Below the pieces are notes generated by a model. It saw only the letters and a list, made by a program, of their open reading frames with translations. It was not told the DNA's origin and searched no databases. Position numbers and translations under genes: made by a program. From Amoebidium appalachense (taxonomy: Eukaryota > Protista > Ichthyosporea), in the NCBI GenBank assembly GCA_963693365.1, contig CAVNZM010000013.1, positions 4,182,722-4,246,721 of the forward strand: a DNA stretch of 64,000 nt, given 5' to 3'. Each line of letters starts with the position of its first letter. Positions within the stretch are counted from its first letter, which is position 1. Below, piece by piece: positions 11,739 through 25,401 of this stretch.

Positions 11739-12329
11739 TATTTGTATGAAAGTCCGAAACACAAAGCAATTCAGCAGAACAAACGGGAGGCACTAATTTA
11801 AATAGGGAATGTACAACACTAAGTTGGGGGACAATATATGAAAGAAATGTTTCTTCAGCTGTAGCTATTGGCAACCCCTTATTGGCATTCTTACCAGACC
11901 CGTGTAAGAGATTTGGAGGTTCTGGCTGCACTATTGAATGTGTGTGGGGTTGCACAGGCGCATGCATACTTTTTTTTTATTTATATTTAATAGAAAAAAA
12001 AAAGAAAAAAAAGTAGGAATGCATGTACCCTATGTTGTAGACCAATTGCAAACTTTACTAAGGTAATAAAATTACACGGATGTCCTTAGTTGAGATTGAT
12101 TGAAGTTACTAAGTTCTTAGCATCATCGGATAAATTAAATATTTCTTTTACATAATGCTGTATACCTAGACAATATTCTCGCACGATTATATCTTACTTA
12201 TGAGATATCTGTGATATCTCTGTTTCTCATGTTTTGGAGCTTTGTCTCAATAAGGTCATTATAACAAAATGCTGTAGTAACCTAATCCACATCAACTTTC
12301 CTTTTCCTACCAACCCAGACCGTCTCACT

Positions 12330-12480
12330 TCAATTCGTGCCCCTGTCTCACCCCCTTGTCCGTTTGAAATTTTTCTTTGACTAAATTTATTCAACGGAAA
12401 GACATGCAAGTATGCACGGCATACTTAGAAGGCAATGTACTTTTTCCATGAGGAATCCTTTAAATTTCCTTCTAAAAAAC
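12330..12480 (-). pseudogene. Possible decayed non-LTR (LINE) RT fragment
   Basis: A stop-interrupted frame reads RIPHGKSTLPSKY...NLVKEKFQTDKGVRQG, resembling the F..xGVRQG motif of LINE RT. This single motif is the only support. Confidence 0.3.
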
Positions 12481-13010
12481 AGTGATCGCCTGCACAAGCA
12501 GAACACACCGTGCCCACATGTTGTTCCTCTGAGTCATCATGTGCAAAGGGTGCATAGATATGCACATGCAAGTTACAGTGTGGCCATTTTCGTTTGCGCT
12601 GGTTTAGTTTAGGGCGGCATGGGATTGGGGTTCAAACATAATGTCTGGCTTACTGCCCCAATTGCAAACGGAAAGCTGGCAAAATTGATGCATGTAAACC
12701 TGCGGACCAGGACAGGCATCAAAGCCGTTCACTGAGCTGCGCCGCCCAAACGTGATGGGATCACAAGATAAGATTGTCCAGTGTTTTCAGTTTTAAGTTG
12801 ATTGTGGTACAGAAATTCACAGATTCGTGAACCAGTGAACTGTTGGCTAATCTGCTCATGAGTGTCGGACCGTGCGCACAATATACATACCGGAGTATGT
12901 GCAACCAGTTGCAAACTTTCAGGCATACATAGTACCTTCACTTTAGGATCAATAATAAAGTGTTACCCCCGCCCCCCCCCCCCCTCTCCCCCCCCCCCCC
13001 CCCCTCCCCT

Positions 13011-13058
<48 letters not shown>

Positions 13059-13485
13059 AAAGATGGATGATATCATTTGCGCGAGAGAAACTTTAACACC
13101 GTGTCCTGGGTATGCCAGTGGGGAACCATTTTCGGCCTATGATTATGAGACGGTCCAGACTCTTGTGCTTGTTGAGTGAGATAAATAATGTAGCTCGTGT
13201 TTGTATGTTTATGGGTTGAGATTGAGTGAGGAATTCTAGAGGCTACAGAGGAACTTGAGGGAGGGAAGAGGGGGAGAGGGGGTGGATGGGGAGGGGGGGG
13301 GGGGGGGAGCAGCACACACACACATACAGGGTTACTGGCACCGAATCATGCCGTAGACCATAGTCTTGGTATCTTGTGTTCTGCACCTACAGTAATCAAC
13401 AGCTGGCATAAGGAAGTGCATGTTAGAAGGATCAACAGGACAATTCAGTATGTAAACTTTTTTTTGGCTCTTTTTTTTCTTTTAG

Positions 13486-13844
<359 letters not shown>

Positions 13845-13901
13845 TTGAGCTAGTGAGTGCTTGAGTGTGTGTTGGCTTTTTTTTTTTTTTTTTTTTTTTG
13901 T

Positions 13902-13940
<39 letters not shown>

Positions 13941-14219
13941 ATTCAAACACTTCATCGTACCAAACGAATTTACGAGACTCGTTTTCGTTTTGTCTCTCTG
14001 ACTACAAACATACGAGTGCTACATTCACTAAAAACACCGCAACTCAGTTCTGCCTCCAAAATATGTTGCACACCACTGTTACGCGTTCTAGGACGCTCAA
14101 ACCCAGAGCAACTTTGTACGGAGTTACAGGCTAATAGGTGTATGTGTGTGTATTGTGTGTGTGTGCGTGTCTGTGTTTGCGAATGTGTGTTTGTCGTGGC
14201 GGTGGTGGTGGTTGGTTGG

Positions 14220-14265
<46 letters not shown>

Positions 14266-14769
14266 GGGGAGAGGGTGTTCGAAAGAATTAGTATGCTCTG
14301 CACATTAAAAATAAAAAATTGAAAAAAGAGGAAGAAATAACCAGAAAAGAGGAATCAAAACCGAACTAAATTAGAATGGTCAAACCTCGGCAGAAAGAAT
14401 CACTTGCGCCTCGGGGCTCTGGCAAAAAGTCCAAGAGACAGATGGGAACAAGCAACTAAGAATTTCAAAAGGAACTTCAGATACACTACGGGAAGCCCCA
14501 TTCAAAACAGCACGGGAATATATGCAGAAATACATCAATTATTATAGAGGCAAAGGCCGCTATTCTCTCTACCATACCCGAACATATCAGAAGAGTCCGC
14601 GAATAAATTCGCATATTTCCAATCCATTCTTACACCGGAATATACCAGAATAATCCTAGAATCATTCCGGTATTCCTCTTACTGATTCAAGCGTGTTGAG
14701 TTCTGGGCACCTTCAAGAAGATACCAGAATAATCCGGATACAATTCCGTTTTTCCATTTTTCATCTGTG

Positions 14770-14944
14770 TCAATGTCTTGGCCCCAGGGGGACAGGACAC
14801 TTTCCCAATACCTCCCTCTCTAGTCTTCTAGCAAGCCACCTGTCACCCTTTCTGATTGCAAGGTTACGCAGCCATCCAAGAAGTAGACCGGATCCGAGTT
14901 CGATTTTACCGAGTAGAGCTGCCTTGCGGGCAACACTGTATGTG

Positions 14945-15011
<67 letters not shown>

Positions 15012-15216
15012 ATGCGCGCATGTTAGAGGGGGGGGAGGGGGGAGCAGGGGGAGAGGAGAAATACGGGGGTATGAATAATGGTAATTGGGGCATGGTATCT
15101 TCTTCCCCCCCCCCCCGCCCCACCTTTGTCCTCCCCTCCACACACACAGACACACACACACACACACAACACACACACACACACACCACCTACAAAACAA
15201 GCCCCCTCTCTCCGTC

Positions 15217-15247
<31 letters not shown>

Positions 15248-16653
15248 CACTTACACAACCAGCCCCCCTCTCCCCCCCCCCCCCCCCCCCCCAACACACA
15301 CACACACAGACAGACACACAAGGGGGACAAAAAATTGGGAGGGGGGGGGGGGGGGGATAACCGGGGGGGGGGGGGGGGGGGGGGGACCAGGTGCAAAAGC
15401 ACAACCAGCAAAGTAAAGGTTGTGTCCATGACTGCGTGTGTGGGGATGTGTATTTGCACGTGTGTATCCTCGTGCCTGCGCCCACCTCCTCGTTCTGTCG
15501 TAGCGCATGTACTGGTACGATGCCAGGGCGGCCTGGATGTCGTACTCTTTGGCCTGCAGGCACTCGGCTAGCACTAGGCCATCCTCCATCGCCATGTTGG
15601 CCCCCTAGAGATTGAATTGGTTAGAAAGTATGAACACTTTAAAGGGGGTTTCTTTTAGGCCGATTAATTGTCCCCATTCCAGCACATCCGGGTCAAGCCA
15701 TTTGCTCAGCATATAAATCATGAAATGAACTGCAACCTTATTCCTAACGCTTTATTATTATTCTTACTTTATGTATTTTTATTTTTTCTCCCTTCCCTTT
15801 CTTTTTTGTTGTATTTTGGCGCATCTGTACGGGCTGCCGGATGGTGCGCAGCTGATGCGCTGCACGCCAATCATATAGCTAGAATCCCCTCTGACCCGAC
15901 CCGGCTCGAAATGCTAAAAGAAACCCTTTTTAAACGACCAACTAAATTCAGCCAGTAAAAATCTAATTGCTTGGTTTTTATGGCGGCCAATCATGCGTAA
16001 GCGGGAAATATAACTGACTGATGAACTGATTCGTGGGGTATCAGTTGCCCAACTCTTTGGCCTGCAGGCACCCACCTGTGTGCATGTGTGTGAGTGTGTA
16101 AGTGTGTGATTGTGTGTGTGTGTTTGTGTGTGTGTGCATGCGTGCGTGCGTGCGTGTGCGCGTGTGTGCTGGCGTGTGCGTGTGTACGAGTAAAAGGTAG
16201 AAGGGAAGAGGGCCGGGAGTTAGGAGGGGGGGGCAGTTATTACCTGAGCGGCATAAGGCAGGGTAGCATGGCATGCATCGCCCAGCAGGGCTATGCGCCC
16301 AATGTGCCACGTGGGCTTGGTGACCCGGTAGAACAGCCCAAAGTGGATCACTTGCTCCACACTGGTCCGAAGAACCAGCTCCATCGCTGGGTGTCTGGGG
16401 GGGGTGACAGGGAGGGTCGGTGGGTCGGGGGAGGACGGGAGGAAGGGGGTGGAGAAGGGGGAGGAGGAGTAGAAAGGGGGGCAGGGGGGAGGGGGGAAGG
16501 GGGGGAGGGAGTTAAGGAGCGGGGAGGAGGGTGGGATCGCAAAGGGAGGGTGGGGGAGAGAGGGTGTAGGGAGAAAGAACGCGAGCAAGGGAGGATGTAA
16601 GGGATGGAAGAGGGAGGGAGGCCGGGAGGGAGGTGGGGGGGGTAGGAAGGCGG

Positions 16654-16689
<36 letters not shown>

Positions 16690-17831
16690 AGGATACGAGG
16701 GAGGGAGAGAGCGGAGAGTAAGTGAGGAAAAAGAGAGGGAGGAAGGAGAGGGGGAGGGGGGGGGGGGGGGGGGGTGGGGAGGGGGAGAGAAGAGAGTGAG
16801 TGGAGTACAGTGGGTTCTGTGGAGGACTACAAGCAAACATGATGCCCGGGCAAAAGGGGAGGGACGAGCTTAGGCGTGGGGAGGACGGTGGGGTAGGTGG
16901 GGGTGGTGTGTGTGTGTGTGTGTGTGGGAGGGGGGGGGGGGGGGGGGGGTCAGGGCATTATGGGAGGAGAGGAAAGCGTTGGAAAAGATGAAAAACACGT
17001 GGTAGGCAGGGCAGGGGTGACCGGAACCATGCTTGGACAACGGGCAGGGGGAAACGGGGGGGGGGGGGGGGGGGGGGGGGAGAAGCGGGAGGGCGGAGGG
17101 GAGGGAGGTGGGTTAAATGCATTTTAGAAAACGAAGTGCACATCGATAAAGAACAACATTATCCAGAGTGCAAACCACACACAAAGAGTAAAAATCGTAA
17201 GCAAGGCCCATCCTCAGGGGGAGCGGTTGGAGGGGGGAGGGGGAGGGAGGGGGCCGGGCAAGGGGGGGAGGGAGAAGTTTCAAGCCCTTACTCTCCATGG
17301 AACAATCCAGCCACATGGTCCTCCAGGGTGTGAAATTCCTGGTCTGCGTCCCACTCGGTGTGGTCCGGTGCCTCGGTGCTATGGTAGGCTAGGCCCCACA
17401 CCCGACCATTGGGGCCACACGGCATGGTGAATAGGCTGTGACCCTCACCAAATACCTGGTGTGTGTGTGTGGGTGTGTTTTTGTGTGTGGGGGGGGGGGG
17501 AGGGGGCGGGGGGTGGAGAAAATCCATAGAGGGTTGGAAATATGGAGGAGCCACCAAAGGATAAAATATAAAGAGTCACAAAAAGGTAAACCCCCCCGAA
17601 ATCCCATTATAAAAGAGAAGAAACAAGAAATGTGCAGGCAGAAGAGACACACGAACAAGGGGGGAGGAGGGGGGGGATTGGGAGGGGGGGAGAGGGGGGG
17701 GGGGGGGGTTAGAAGATGCCCTTGGGTGTTTGAGTTGGCCTATTTAACCCGAGTCCTATTTTTATGTGGGGGAAGGGGGGGGGGGGGAGGGGGAGGAAGG
17801 GGAGAGGGAAGGGGGGTAGGATAGACTGCGG

Positions 17832-17863
<32 letters not shown>

Positions 17864-17943
17864 AGGTGAGAGGGGAGAAGGGCCGGAGGGATAGGGAGGG
17901 AGGGGGAGGACGGAGTGAGGGATGAAGCAGAGAGGCAGGAGGA

Positions 17944-17979
<36 letters not shown>

Positions 17980-18302
17980 TTCACATCCTGTACCTGCAAT
18001 AGTTGATTTGGTGTTGCCAGCAGAGGGTTCTTAAAGTCATAGGGGTCAGACACGATGGTACCGTACCACATGTTGTTGTTTGCATACAGGGGGGGGTATC
18101 TTGAGCCCACCAAACATCAGCTTGGCTACAGTCGAGTTGACACCGTCACTGTGTGTGTGGGGGGGGGGGGAGGGGAGGGGGGGGAGGGGGAGGGGGGAGG
18201 GGGGGGGGGGGGAGCGGAGGGGAGGGGGAAGGAGTGTAATTGTGTGTTTGTGTGTGCGGGTGTGTGTGTGGGGGGGGGGGGGGGGGGGGGGGGGGGGTAG
18301 TT

Positions 18303-18358
<56 letters not shown>

Positions 18359-18428
18359 ATGTGTGTGCGTGTGTGTGTGTGCATGTGTGCGCTGTGTGTG
18401 TATGTGTGTGCGTGTGTGCGTGTGTGCG

Positions 18429-18486
<58 letters not shown>

Positions 18487-20531
18487 CGCGCGCGCGCGTG
18501 CATGTTTGTGTGTGTTTTTGGGGGGAGGGGGGGGGAGGGGGGTATGCATTCGTGAGTGGCGAGAACTGAAGCAAAGACCCGAAAAAAACCAACCACACGA
18601 AACCCGAAAGTGAATGCCAGACAACATGAAATAATCACTTAAACAGACGTTATCATCAGGGGGGGGGGGGGGGGTCCTATGTATTCACACAAGGGCGGGA
18701 CTCTCTCTCATGAATCGTTCCCAAACCCATCCTCTGCCTTAACAGCGCTTGGTGAATCAACCCATTTACAGTAGCCCCTCGCCTGTTCATCTACCTCGGG
18801 TGAGGCCCAATAGTGTACGAATACCCGAGGTGTTATAAAGAAGCGAACACGACCGTTTCATTAGTGAATCATCTTATAAGGTGTTATGCTATGTATTGAA
18901 GATAGTTATAGGGGAAATCCAGGGGTCCCCCCATACCATCGTGCAGTATGAGTAGTGTACGAATACGCAAATGTACAAATTAGAAGGTGTGTCAATGTGT
19001 GTCAATGTGCGAGAGGCTAGGGTAGCCCAAGGTGAAAGGGGTAGTCATGGAGCAGCAACCCGACAAAATGCGCTTCACTACAGCACGCCAGAACATGCGC
19101 ACAAAGGTGAAACAATCAAACCCCAAACCAAAAAAAGACAGAGAGACAAAAAACAACACAAAGAAAGAGGAAGTCATTGCATACCATCCGATTACCAGGT
19201 CCCCCTTCTCCATTGTGCCGTCAGTGAAAAAGCACCTGACCCCCCCATCATACTGCTCTAGCCGGTCAAGCTCCTTGGACATGTGCAGGTGGCCTCCTGC
19301 ATAGGGTTAAGGTGTGCCGGCCAGGCCCCCGTGGAAGGGTTAAGTCATGATGGTTATGCACAGTAACGTGGTTATGTACCCGTAAAGAATCAACTCACTG
19401 TGGTGAGAGAATTGCAGAAGGCACATGATATGAAGTTGGGTGTGATGTCATTGTCTAAGTCGGCATTTGGCGCTGCTACAACTTATCGACTTCAATGTCA
19501 CCATCATCATGACGTAACTGATCATGTTGCTTGGTGGCTTAGGCTTGCGGTCCACTCGCAGCGGATAACATCGAGCACACTGATTGGCTTTTTATCATAT
19601 GCCGGCCCCAACTTCTGCAGGGCGAACCCTTTGGGCAACGCCATACAAATTGCGCCATCAGGAAATGCAGACCCATAGTTACGAGGTTTTGGTAGGCAAA
19701 TATCAGTGTGAACTCGAAGTTATACTGAAGTAAGTAAGAAGACGTCATTGTAGCTTGGCACAAAACGTCACTAATCACGTCATCAAATACACCGTCGGTG
19801 CCACCGAGTGCATTGATTGGTTTTGGAAAATGTGAAGAGAGCTCTTTCGAGGGATCCCCATACATTAGTCCCCAATGACTAGCTACTGGTTGTGCGTAAA
19901 AGTTTGAACAAACTTGGATGAAGTAACCCCCCCCCCCCCCCCCCAAAAAAAAAAAAAAAGAAAACCTACCCCCTCCCTGACCTGTCTCCCATCCCCATCA
20001 TCCCCTTCTCTCCAGTCCATCGTACTGCCTTCTCCTACATTTACTAATGGCCCACACGCACATGGGGTAGTGTGACAGAATCACACCTGACTTCATTACG
20101 AATGGAGAGGGCACGGTGGTTACAGATATGTTGCAAAATACGAAGCGCATAAGCACGACAGATAACACAATGCAGATAGTGCATCATCATCGAGCACAAC
20201 CTCAAGGGGAGGGGGAAGGGGGGGGGGGGGGGAGGGGGGGACAAGTCATCGGGGGCGAAGGGGGGAGGGGGGGGGGGGGGAGGGGATAGGGGAGAAAGAG
20301 GGGGGAGGGGGGGGGATGGGGGGGGGGGGGGGGGGGGGGAGGTGCACACACCGTCCTGCAGAGGCTTTGCAAGAATGTGCATCAGTTCGGTCCTCATCAG
20401 ACCCACCAAGGGGTAGCCGTATCTCTCCTTCCAGTTCTGGATGTTCTGGTACGCCTCAAGATCAAGGAGCGTGCCTGTGTGTGTGTGTGTGTGTGTATGT
20501 GTGTGTGTGTGTGTACGTGTGTGTGTGTGTG

Positions 20532-20603
<72 letters not shown>

Positions 20604-20913
20604 GGGGGGGGAGGGGGGAAGTGGGATATAGAGGGATGGGGGGGTGGGGGGGGGGGGGGGGGGTAAGTATGCTTTAGAGGGTTTGTTGAAAACGGATACA
20701 CCAAAAGGCAAAGCACCAAAGGAACGGGCAGGAGGATATGCATGGAAGGGGGAAAGGGGGAGGGGGGCAGGGAAAATGTGGATGTGAGTGTGAGTGAGTG
20801 TGTGTCTGTGTGGGTAGGGCAACAAGAAAGAGAAGAGGGCGATAGGAAAGGGCAGAGGAGAGAGGCGGGATAGAGGGGGGGGAGAGGCAGGGAAGAGATG
20901 GAGAGAGAGAGAG

Positions 20914-20944
<31 letters not shown>

Positions 20945-21839
20945 CATACATGTGCGTGTGTGTGTCATGAATGTTAGTGTGTGTGGGCATGAGAAGAGGG
21001 GGCGATAGGAGTGGGAATCGAACATGCATTGAATGGTGTGTGTAGGCCTTCTCCAATATATGTTTCCGTGCCACCTTACACCTACGATTTACTCTCTCCC
21101 TGTCACCCACCTTTGAAACATCCCCTCTCATCCCACCACATCTCAGCCCCTTTTTGCTCTAGTCCCCACCTTCATAAATCCTCTGTATCTCCCTTTCCCC
21201 GCCCACCTCAAATCCTCGTGCTAGCGAAAATTATCCTGTAGCTTTTCAGAGACCCCCCCCCCACCCACCCCCCCCCCCCCCCCCCACCCCCACCCCCCCC
21301 CCCCTTCTCCCACCCTCCCACCTTCCCCCTTTCGGACGGGGAAATCCTCGCACACCTTCTCCCTTCCACTCCATATCAAACCTTCCCCTTTTCCTTCATC
21401 CTGCCCAATCACCTTATATCCCTCTCCTTCCAAACCTCCATCTTCCCCCCCCCCCCCCAAAAAAAAAAAAAAAACTCCCTCCCTTAACCGGCTATCCCCT
21501 CTTCTCCACCGTTGCCTTGCCCTCTCGCCTACTGACATTATGCCATAATCATCGGGGATCCGTCCCCCCCCCTCCCCCTCCCCCCCCCCCCCCTCCCCCC
21601 GCCCCCCTTCTTTTCTTCTCCCCTCCCTCCCTTCCTCCCATATCCCACCCTCCCATCCTCCCTCACCGCCCCTCCCCCCACTCTCTCTCCCACCCCTCCC
21701 TTGCTCCCTCCTACTCCCTCTCCCAGTCTCTGCCCCCTCCCTCACTCCCCCCCGCCTTCCCTCTCTCTCTCTCCCTCCCTCTCTCTCTCCCTCTCCCTCT
21801 CCCTCCCTCCCTCCCTCCCTCCCTCCCTCTCTCTCTTCT

Positions 21840-21917
<78 letters not shown>

Positions 21918-22387
21918 TCTCTCTCTTTCTCTTACTCTCCCACTTTCTCTCCATCCTCCCTCCCCCCGCTCCCTTCTCACTCTCTCTCTGTCTCCCTCTG
22001 TGTGTGTGTGTGTCCGTCTGTTTCTCCTCCCCTCAACCTTTTCCTCCCTATCCTTCTCTCTTGCCCTCCCCAGCTCACTCTCTCGTACTTAACTGAGCAA
22101 AGAATGATTGGGATTGAGCGCTTCATACCTTCAGCGCTTAGAGTCCTTCTCTTGGTGATGACTGCCGCTGCATCTTCTATCTGCTTTCCAAAGCCCAACG
22201 TGTCCAGAATAGCATATCCATTAGGCTGGAGTGCGAATCCAGAACTAGTTCTTGGTGCAAAATCCCTTCTCTTGTCGAACACTTTAACACTTGGTCCTTT
22301 CAATTGCAGAATGGCGTTCGCTGCCGTTAGGCCTCCTAGGCCACCACCTATGATGATGATGTTGGATGCACGCTGGATGGCTGACAT
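14770..22387 (-). CDS. FAD-dependent monooxygenase (salicylate hydroxylase/zeaxanthin epoxidase-like, FAD_binding_3), 8 exons
   Basis: Exons 22387-22129, 20474-20352, 19296-19185, 18148-17994, 17455-17292, 16394-16244, 15604-15486, 14935-14770, all GT-AG. Motifs [52 protein letters not shown]. Phases fit except for one extra C in a C8 run at 18089-18096 (likely homopolymer error). Confidence 0.92.
15643..15929. mobile_element. Kolobok-like MITE (287 bp) with TTAA TSD
   Basis: TTAA|AGGGGGTTTCTTTTAG ... CTAAAAGAAACCCTTT|TTAA: a 16-bp TIR with 2 mismatches and purine-purine termini. Confidence 0.7.
17112..17222 (-). repeat. Short copy of the intronic structured repeat family
   Basis: On the plus strand GTTAAATGC...TAAGCAAGGCCCATCCTCAGGGGG matches the end segment of the copies at 45332, 46388 and 57550. 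Confidence 0.65.
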
Positions 22388-22947
22388 GTTTGGGAATACA
22401 TTCGACAAACACCGGGATGTATGTTTATTCGTGGTTCTGTGCCACTGGCCTACTGATTACTCTTGAAAGAGTCCCGGCAGCCCGGTCTCGAGTACATGAA
22501 TTGCTATTAACTAGTAACTAATCGATCAAGTATTTGCTTGTTCAGCCCAACTATGGTGGTCAGCGCTAGCACGCCAGCCTTCCAACAAAGCGGCACCTAA
22601 TCTTGTGTTGTTACTATAATGTCAGAGTGCAGCCTTTTCATGTCAGCTAGAGAGCAGCTACTTTAGGCTCTATTCCAAGTACAATTGAAACCTGTGCGTC
22701 TGACTGTCATGGTTCAATATTACCAAACATCATAATGCAAGCGGAAGTGTAGTAAATTAGTAATTTCAAAGCTTGTCAACCGTTCAAAAGCACCGGGCGT
22801 GGTTCACTTTGAAAGGCCGGTTAGCTTGGCAAAATGGTGTTGAGAGCTGAAGAGGCTAGGAGGGCACCAAAAATAGAAGATTGAGTCTAAAAAAAGATGA
22901 GACATCATGACAAGCCAATGAAATCACTGAATCGTGTTTTTTGTGCA

Positions 22948-23003
22948 TTTTGGCGCCAAAAATTGTTAAATATAAGAGCATGACGTCATGAGCTATTACG
23001 TAA
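22948..23003. promoter_or_regulatory. Palindromic TF-site cluster (E2F-like, CRE, PAR/CEBP-like) between divergent genes
   Basis: TTTTGGCGCCAAAA at 22948-22961, CATGACGTCATG at 22979-22990, TTACGTAA at 22996-23003; CCAAT at ~22915. Confidence 0.4.
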
Positions 23004-23499
23004 CCGTTCGAATGTCTCACCCAACCTTAGGGCAAGCCGTTTTTGCACTTGAAGAAGAAATTTAAAACTGGGGAAAGTAGCCCGGTTTAGAAGGAGAAAC
23101 GGAAAGGGAGAAAAGGGGAAGTTTGTGAGACAGTGCTGCAACGGTAGTTAGCTCTTCTTCCACCCCTGCCAGAAGCTGTGTTTTTGCAAGAAATTTCTGT
23201 GCTCTGACTCGAGCATCGGATAATGAGGAACATGAACTTCCTTCCGAATGACTTGAAATGCTAAGCTACACATATTCACCGACACACAACACCTTCATGT
23301 GAGTTGAAGTTGCTTCCAAGCTGCTTTATCAGCACATAATATCCGTTCAGTGAGGTTAATTTGACCATCTGGCAACCTGCCTTTGTCTGTATCGCCGCCT
23401 GCACTCATGCATGGGAGTTCCGGATCCGCTTGTCCGAGCTCATTCATTAGTAAGGGATACCCTGTTCAAAGTTTCGTATACGGTAAAACGTAGCACGCC

Positions 23500-24140
23500 C
23501 AAATTATCACCTCCAACGTCCGTTTTCAACACCGCTTCTGTTATGGGCTCTGGCACATGTATGAAACGACTAGTACTGGTGCGATTCTGGGAAAAGTTTG
23601 CCCTCGCCGCACTGAGTCGTGGGTGAAACCTCAGAGGCAGCAGCCATGTTACAAGCTGTAGCGGAGTTTCTGGGTTTTAACTCAAACATGCGCGTATCTT
23701 CGTGCACAAACAACGATGAGGGCAGCAATGCAGTAGTTGAGACGGGGCAACCTGGCCAGCATCTGCAAGAGGAATGCGGAAAGGAACCAACGCCTTGTGT
23801 GTCACGGTCCTCTCATGGGTGTGAGTGGAAAGGGCTGAAGGAGGTGCTTTCCAAGCACATGGAAACGTGTGAGGTTCAAGACGTGCGGTGTGACGGGTGT
23901 GATGGGAAGTTTGCGCCCGAGTTCATTACAGCTAGGTGTCATACATATGACGACATATGTTGGGCTGCAGGCGTAACTGCTTGATTCAGTCTTCTCCTCG
24001 GGAAACTGAGTGCAGCATATTGGCAATGTAAAGTAGTGATTTCTCCTGCAGAGCAAATAGGTAGAACGGTTTACAGCCAGTTTTTTATGTGTGTCCTTAT
24101 GTATACATCACATCCTTATATATTCACGCAAAGGAGGCAT

Positions 24141-24175
<35 letters not shown>

Positions 24176-25349
24176 TTCTCCGGGTCTGCTTTCAAACCAT
24201 ATACAGTACATTCTCTTTTGGGCTCACACAGTCGCCCTCAAAAAGTGCTGGCATGCACACGTGCACAAATTCATTTGAATCCCGTGTGTCCCGCACCGCG
24301 GGACACATACACATGCGCAAAAATGCACCATGAGCATGCACACAGGTTAATCATGAATAAACGTAGAATGCAGCACCGCGGCAAATCATTAACGACCACG
24401 CATCATATTCACCCACACACAGAGCAAAGAGAATCTGTGTGGGTCCCTGCCACCTCTGCAACCAGCACATCTCCCTCAGCCCCACCAGCATAACCCACCA
24501 CGAAGAAAACGATTGCCCATTAGTTATAATCTCCTGCCCTTATCCCGGTTGCGAAGCCAAAATCCTCCGTGGAGACCTCGCTACGCACGTCACTACACAA
24601 GCAACTAAGCACCTTCTTCTTGTACAGAGCGAGCTTGAACGGCTGAAAAACAGAGAAAACGAACTGGTGAGCGAAGTCAGTGTCCTACAGCGCAACATAC
24701 AAGCAGACCAGAGGGAGGGAGAACAGCTCAAGCAACGACTCGAAGGCGTAGAGGGAAAATTCGAAACTTTGGCAAGGGGAGGTGTAGGTTTGGACTTGAT
24801 GAGAACGGAGCTATTTCGCGAGACGGTTGTGGGGATGTATGGGGAAGGTGTCAGTGAGAATGGGGTGGTGGTTGCGGTGGAAGGGATCGAGGATTTGAAC
24901 TGGTGGGATATGGAATCAACCAGAACAATCACCACCAAGATATATTCTGTTCCAAGCGGGCACTCCTTCTACGTGGAACTCAAAATAAGGATGTGTGTTG
25001 GTTATGGTCGAAGCACTTTGATGAAAGGGGTTGCTGGTACATGTGAAGACAGGCCAACTGCTTGTGTTGTATGTTATGTGCGCAAGGGTGCCACTGGAAG
25101 GGGCAGGGGGGAGGGGGGAGAGGGGGGAAGGGGTGAGGAGGCGGCCGGAGGGGGTGCTCTTGGGTGAAAGACGGTAGAGGAGGGCACTGGAGGGAAGCGG
25201 ATGAGAAAAGAATGGTGGATAGGGCGATGATTGTAAGTACGGTTACGGTTATGAGCCGGTAATTGTTTTGCGCTCCGAGTCATATTTCAGCTTGCCACCC
25301 ACATACGTGCATGCTTGCGCGCGTGCGCGTGTGTTTTTTTTTTTTTTTT

Positions 25350-25401
<52 letters not shown>

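Noticed and set aside
18089-18096. Programmed frameshift or pseudogenisation of the monooxygenase
   Set aside because: A single extra base in a G8/C8 run with all other exons intact; a sequencing error is far more likely.
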